Shown here: piece by piece, positions 61,146 to 64,000 of the stretch
Numbering within the stretch: the first letter of the stretch is position 1
Layout: every line of letters starts with the position of its first letter
Source: Haliotis cracherodii
Lineage: Eukaryota
NCBI RefSeq assembly: GCF_022045235.1
Contig: NW_027266286.1
Location: 29,512,001 to 29,576,000 of the forward strand
Reading direction: 5' to 3'
Length of the DNA: 64,000 bases
Translations under genes and position numbers: made by a program
The notes under the pieces: model-generated
What the model was told of the DNA's origin: nothing
Seen by the model: the letters and a program-made list of their open reading frames with translations, nothing else
The model's database searches: none

Positions 61146-64000
61146 GAAATTGATACGAGAAAGTGTCGTAACTCCGACAGATACGTCAGTCAGTCAAGAG
61201 AAGCGGCAACATGAACAGCTATGATCACCTTTGTTTCTCAGGAAGTCAGTGTTCTCGGACCAACTAATCTTTATTCTGGACAATAAACTTAAAAACACTG
61301 TCCATATTAACAGGGTTCCACTGTACAGATTTCCCTCTGTAACATTCTCAACAAGGGAGACAACTGGTGGTTATCAGTCCCAGCTGGAACTAAAGTCAGT
61401 TCAACATACATCAAAGTCAGGGAATGTCAAGTAAAATGTTCTGATTTTATTCTTCTCTTGAGTAATAACGCTCAACCTACCAGAGAGTTAAGTTAAACTG
61501 TCAGCATGACCAATGTTTTGCTTTGTTGGACTTTGTTACAAAGGGCATTACAAATAATTCCATAAAAACAGCCTGTCTGCCAAATTCTTAAAAGCAGGCC
61601 TAGATGACACTGAGTTGTTAACTCTATGCTGGTCTGATTAACTCCCTGAGTTGAAGCTGCTAAAACAATTCAGTTTGTTTGTTTCTTTCAGCTTAATTGG
61701 TTTACCACAGTTTCTGCTCTGTAGCAAACAAATATTGATTGCTTCTGTATTTAGCCAAAACGGTTTGCTATGTAGGTTTGCTAAGTTGAAACAGACAGGA
61801 TTAGCAGCAGCAAGCTTAGACAATGAAATGACAACATCATGTTTGGCCATAAATGGAAAGTCTTCATCATTTGTAGTATTTTTTCACAGAAAGCAATGGA
61901 ATGTATACTGCTCAACTTTTGCCAAGAACCACACCTTTGACAAAAAATTACCATTTTGGCCTTTAGGAAATGTTGAGTGGTATACAAGCCTTGTTCTGTT
62001 CCAGCTTGCTCATGTCTGACTTACATCTTGTATGGTTCATTCCAAAATCTGTTTTCATCTTTTGGGGTATTTTTGATAACTAAGCAATTTTTTGCAATAT
62101 GATAAAATGATGAAGAATGGATTGAGTGATGTCATATCACCAATCACCACATGATGGTAAGGTGACATGAGACTGCAGAATGATGCAGATGCTCTAGATA
62201 GTTGGGACAACAATCATTAATGATGGAGTGTGATTTATCATCCAAAACTGACTCCCTCGGGAGATATCATTTGGGTGAGATGAAGTGATAGCTCCTAGGA
62301 GATATTGGTACAACGAAATTGCATCACAATTTCTTGCAGACTATTTTGACATGAAAACCAAAAGTCATCACTAATCTGTCTGTCACTGAAGCTGGTCAGC
62401 TGTACTTTTCACACTCAAGACACGACTGTACTTATTACTGTTTACAAACTAAAAAAGATTGAGGAATGATATTGGATGATGAATAGCATCTCATCCTCGT
62501 CACTTTTGACATAGAAAATGTCAACACTCTTTGATAAAAGGAAGTTAACTTATGGGTGTCAACGTCTTTATAATGAGGACCACAGGAGTATATGCTTCCC
62601 CCTTCATCAGGTGGACTCCGAAACGTTGTTCCTCATTATAAAGCAGTTGACTTACATAAATTATCTACCTTTTGTGTATCACTTCTAAATGCCTTTCAAA
62701 GATTTGACTCTTTGAAAAAGCTTTTAAACCCCTCGGCAAGCCTCGCAGTCTTTAACTTTGATTGACTTGTGTTGACATATTGGATATCATAAGACCCTCC
62801 AGTGAGATCCTTTATAAGCCAGGTACAGTCACTGTAGGGAGGATGTAAATGAAATATATCCAGTCAGTGTGTAGCTCTGGTTGATAGCATGAAGTAGAGG
62901 TAGTCTCTCACAGATAATATTTCAGATTTTAATCCCAATCTCATGAATAGGTGTCTGTTTTCAGTTTATGTCTAGACATTGTAATTAGAGACTACTGTCA
63001 AATTTCAGTTTGTAGTCTGAAGTAGTTTGAAATGTGTTAGGACTGCCAATTGGTTAGACCCTAGCACCCTGTTATGCTTTTGGAATTCTAAAATTTCCTA
63101 GCATGGAATTCATTAATGCAAAGATCTGATCTAGTTTTTGAATTGCCTTTAGAATTGATACTCATAAGAGAGAAATAAAGGATGTCAACTTCTTTATTAC
63201 GTGGAAAACAACATTTTGGAGTAATTCTCCTCCATTGGGTGAAAGATTGCTAGGGAGCAGAGAGAATATATGTACTGGTGCATGTAAAAACAATGAAAGG
63301 AGTATGATAAGGTGGAAACTAACACGGGAAGTCAGCAGTTAATTAGCGGCTATTGGTGATTAGCAATAAACAAATAAATGGAACCCAGGGGTGCTAAGTT
63401 TCCACTTTTATTGTTGGCATCCATAAATTCTCTCACTTAAGTCTGATCTACGAAAAAACTTATTAATAGTATCAGACAGAAGCATGGATCCAGGTGGGGT
63501 TACGCAGGTGTACACACCTCTCTTTTTGAAACATACTGTAGATTTGGAAATCGTGGAGGTGATATGTGTATCAGGGTGTAACAATTCTATGACAAACTCA
63601 TTTTGGGATATACTTGCAAAAAAGTAAATGACAAACAAATGGAAATTGCTTCATCAGGTTATTTGCTTTCATCTAACACTTGTACATGCTAAATGCATCC
63701 CTCCATTTCCAAGTGTGTGTCCATGCTTGGACATACATCATGGCAGGAAAGGGGTGGACCAGTTAGACTACATGTGTGAAAAGGTAACGGTCTACAGAAT
63801 TCGCATGATGACCTTTTTTTGGTCATCTGCTCACAGTATATGTTAACCAATCAGAAGCAAGAATACAGAGCAAAAGACTTCAGATCACTTGAAAGATCTT
63901 CTGATTAGCCATGACCAAACACAGGTGGCAGATTCTTCTATTAAATTATCGGTATTGGTTGGTTATCACGATGGCCACTGTTTGTCTCTGAATCTTTCAC

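Overview
Eukaryotic, repeat-rich genomic DNA, probably from a gastropod mollusc such as abalone (inferred from the SINE families, not proven). The only intact protein gene I can support is a 12-exon S-adenosylmethionine decarboxylase (AMD1) on the + strand. It runs from ATG 21987 to TAG 59890 and splices to 987 nt (328 aa) with the ES self-cleavage site intact. The gene carries several unusual layers. (i) The UAG stop is followed by an 8-nt purine-rich spacer, a hand-foldable three-way-junction RNA structure and an 82-codon in-frame open tail ending in a hydrophobic segment plus a basic patch. This is a candidate invertebrate counterpart of the vertebrate AMD1 readthrough/stalling tail. (ii) Intron 7 (48113-49018) is a U12-type AT-AC minor intron. 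(iii) A ~86-copy 50-bp array amplifies the exon-9 splice donor and contains frame-preserving 18-nt pseudo-exons. (iv) There are candidate uORFs. The rest of the window is minisatellites, SINEs, MITEs, a decayed PIF/Harbinger element, LINE, Penelope, Tc1 and mariner remnants, and one assembly gap. The huge ORFs at 42.4-46.6 kb are minisatellite artefacts.
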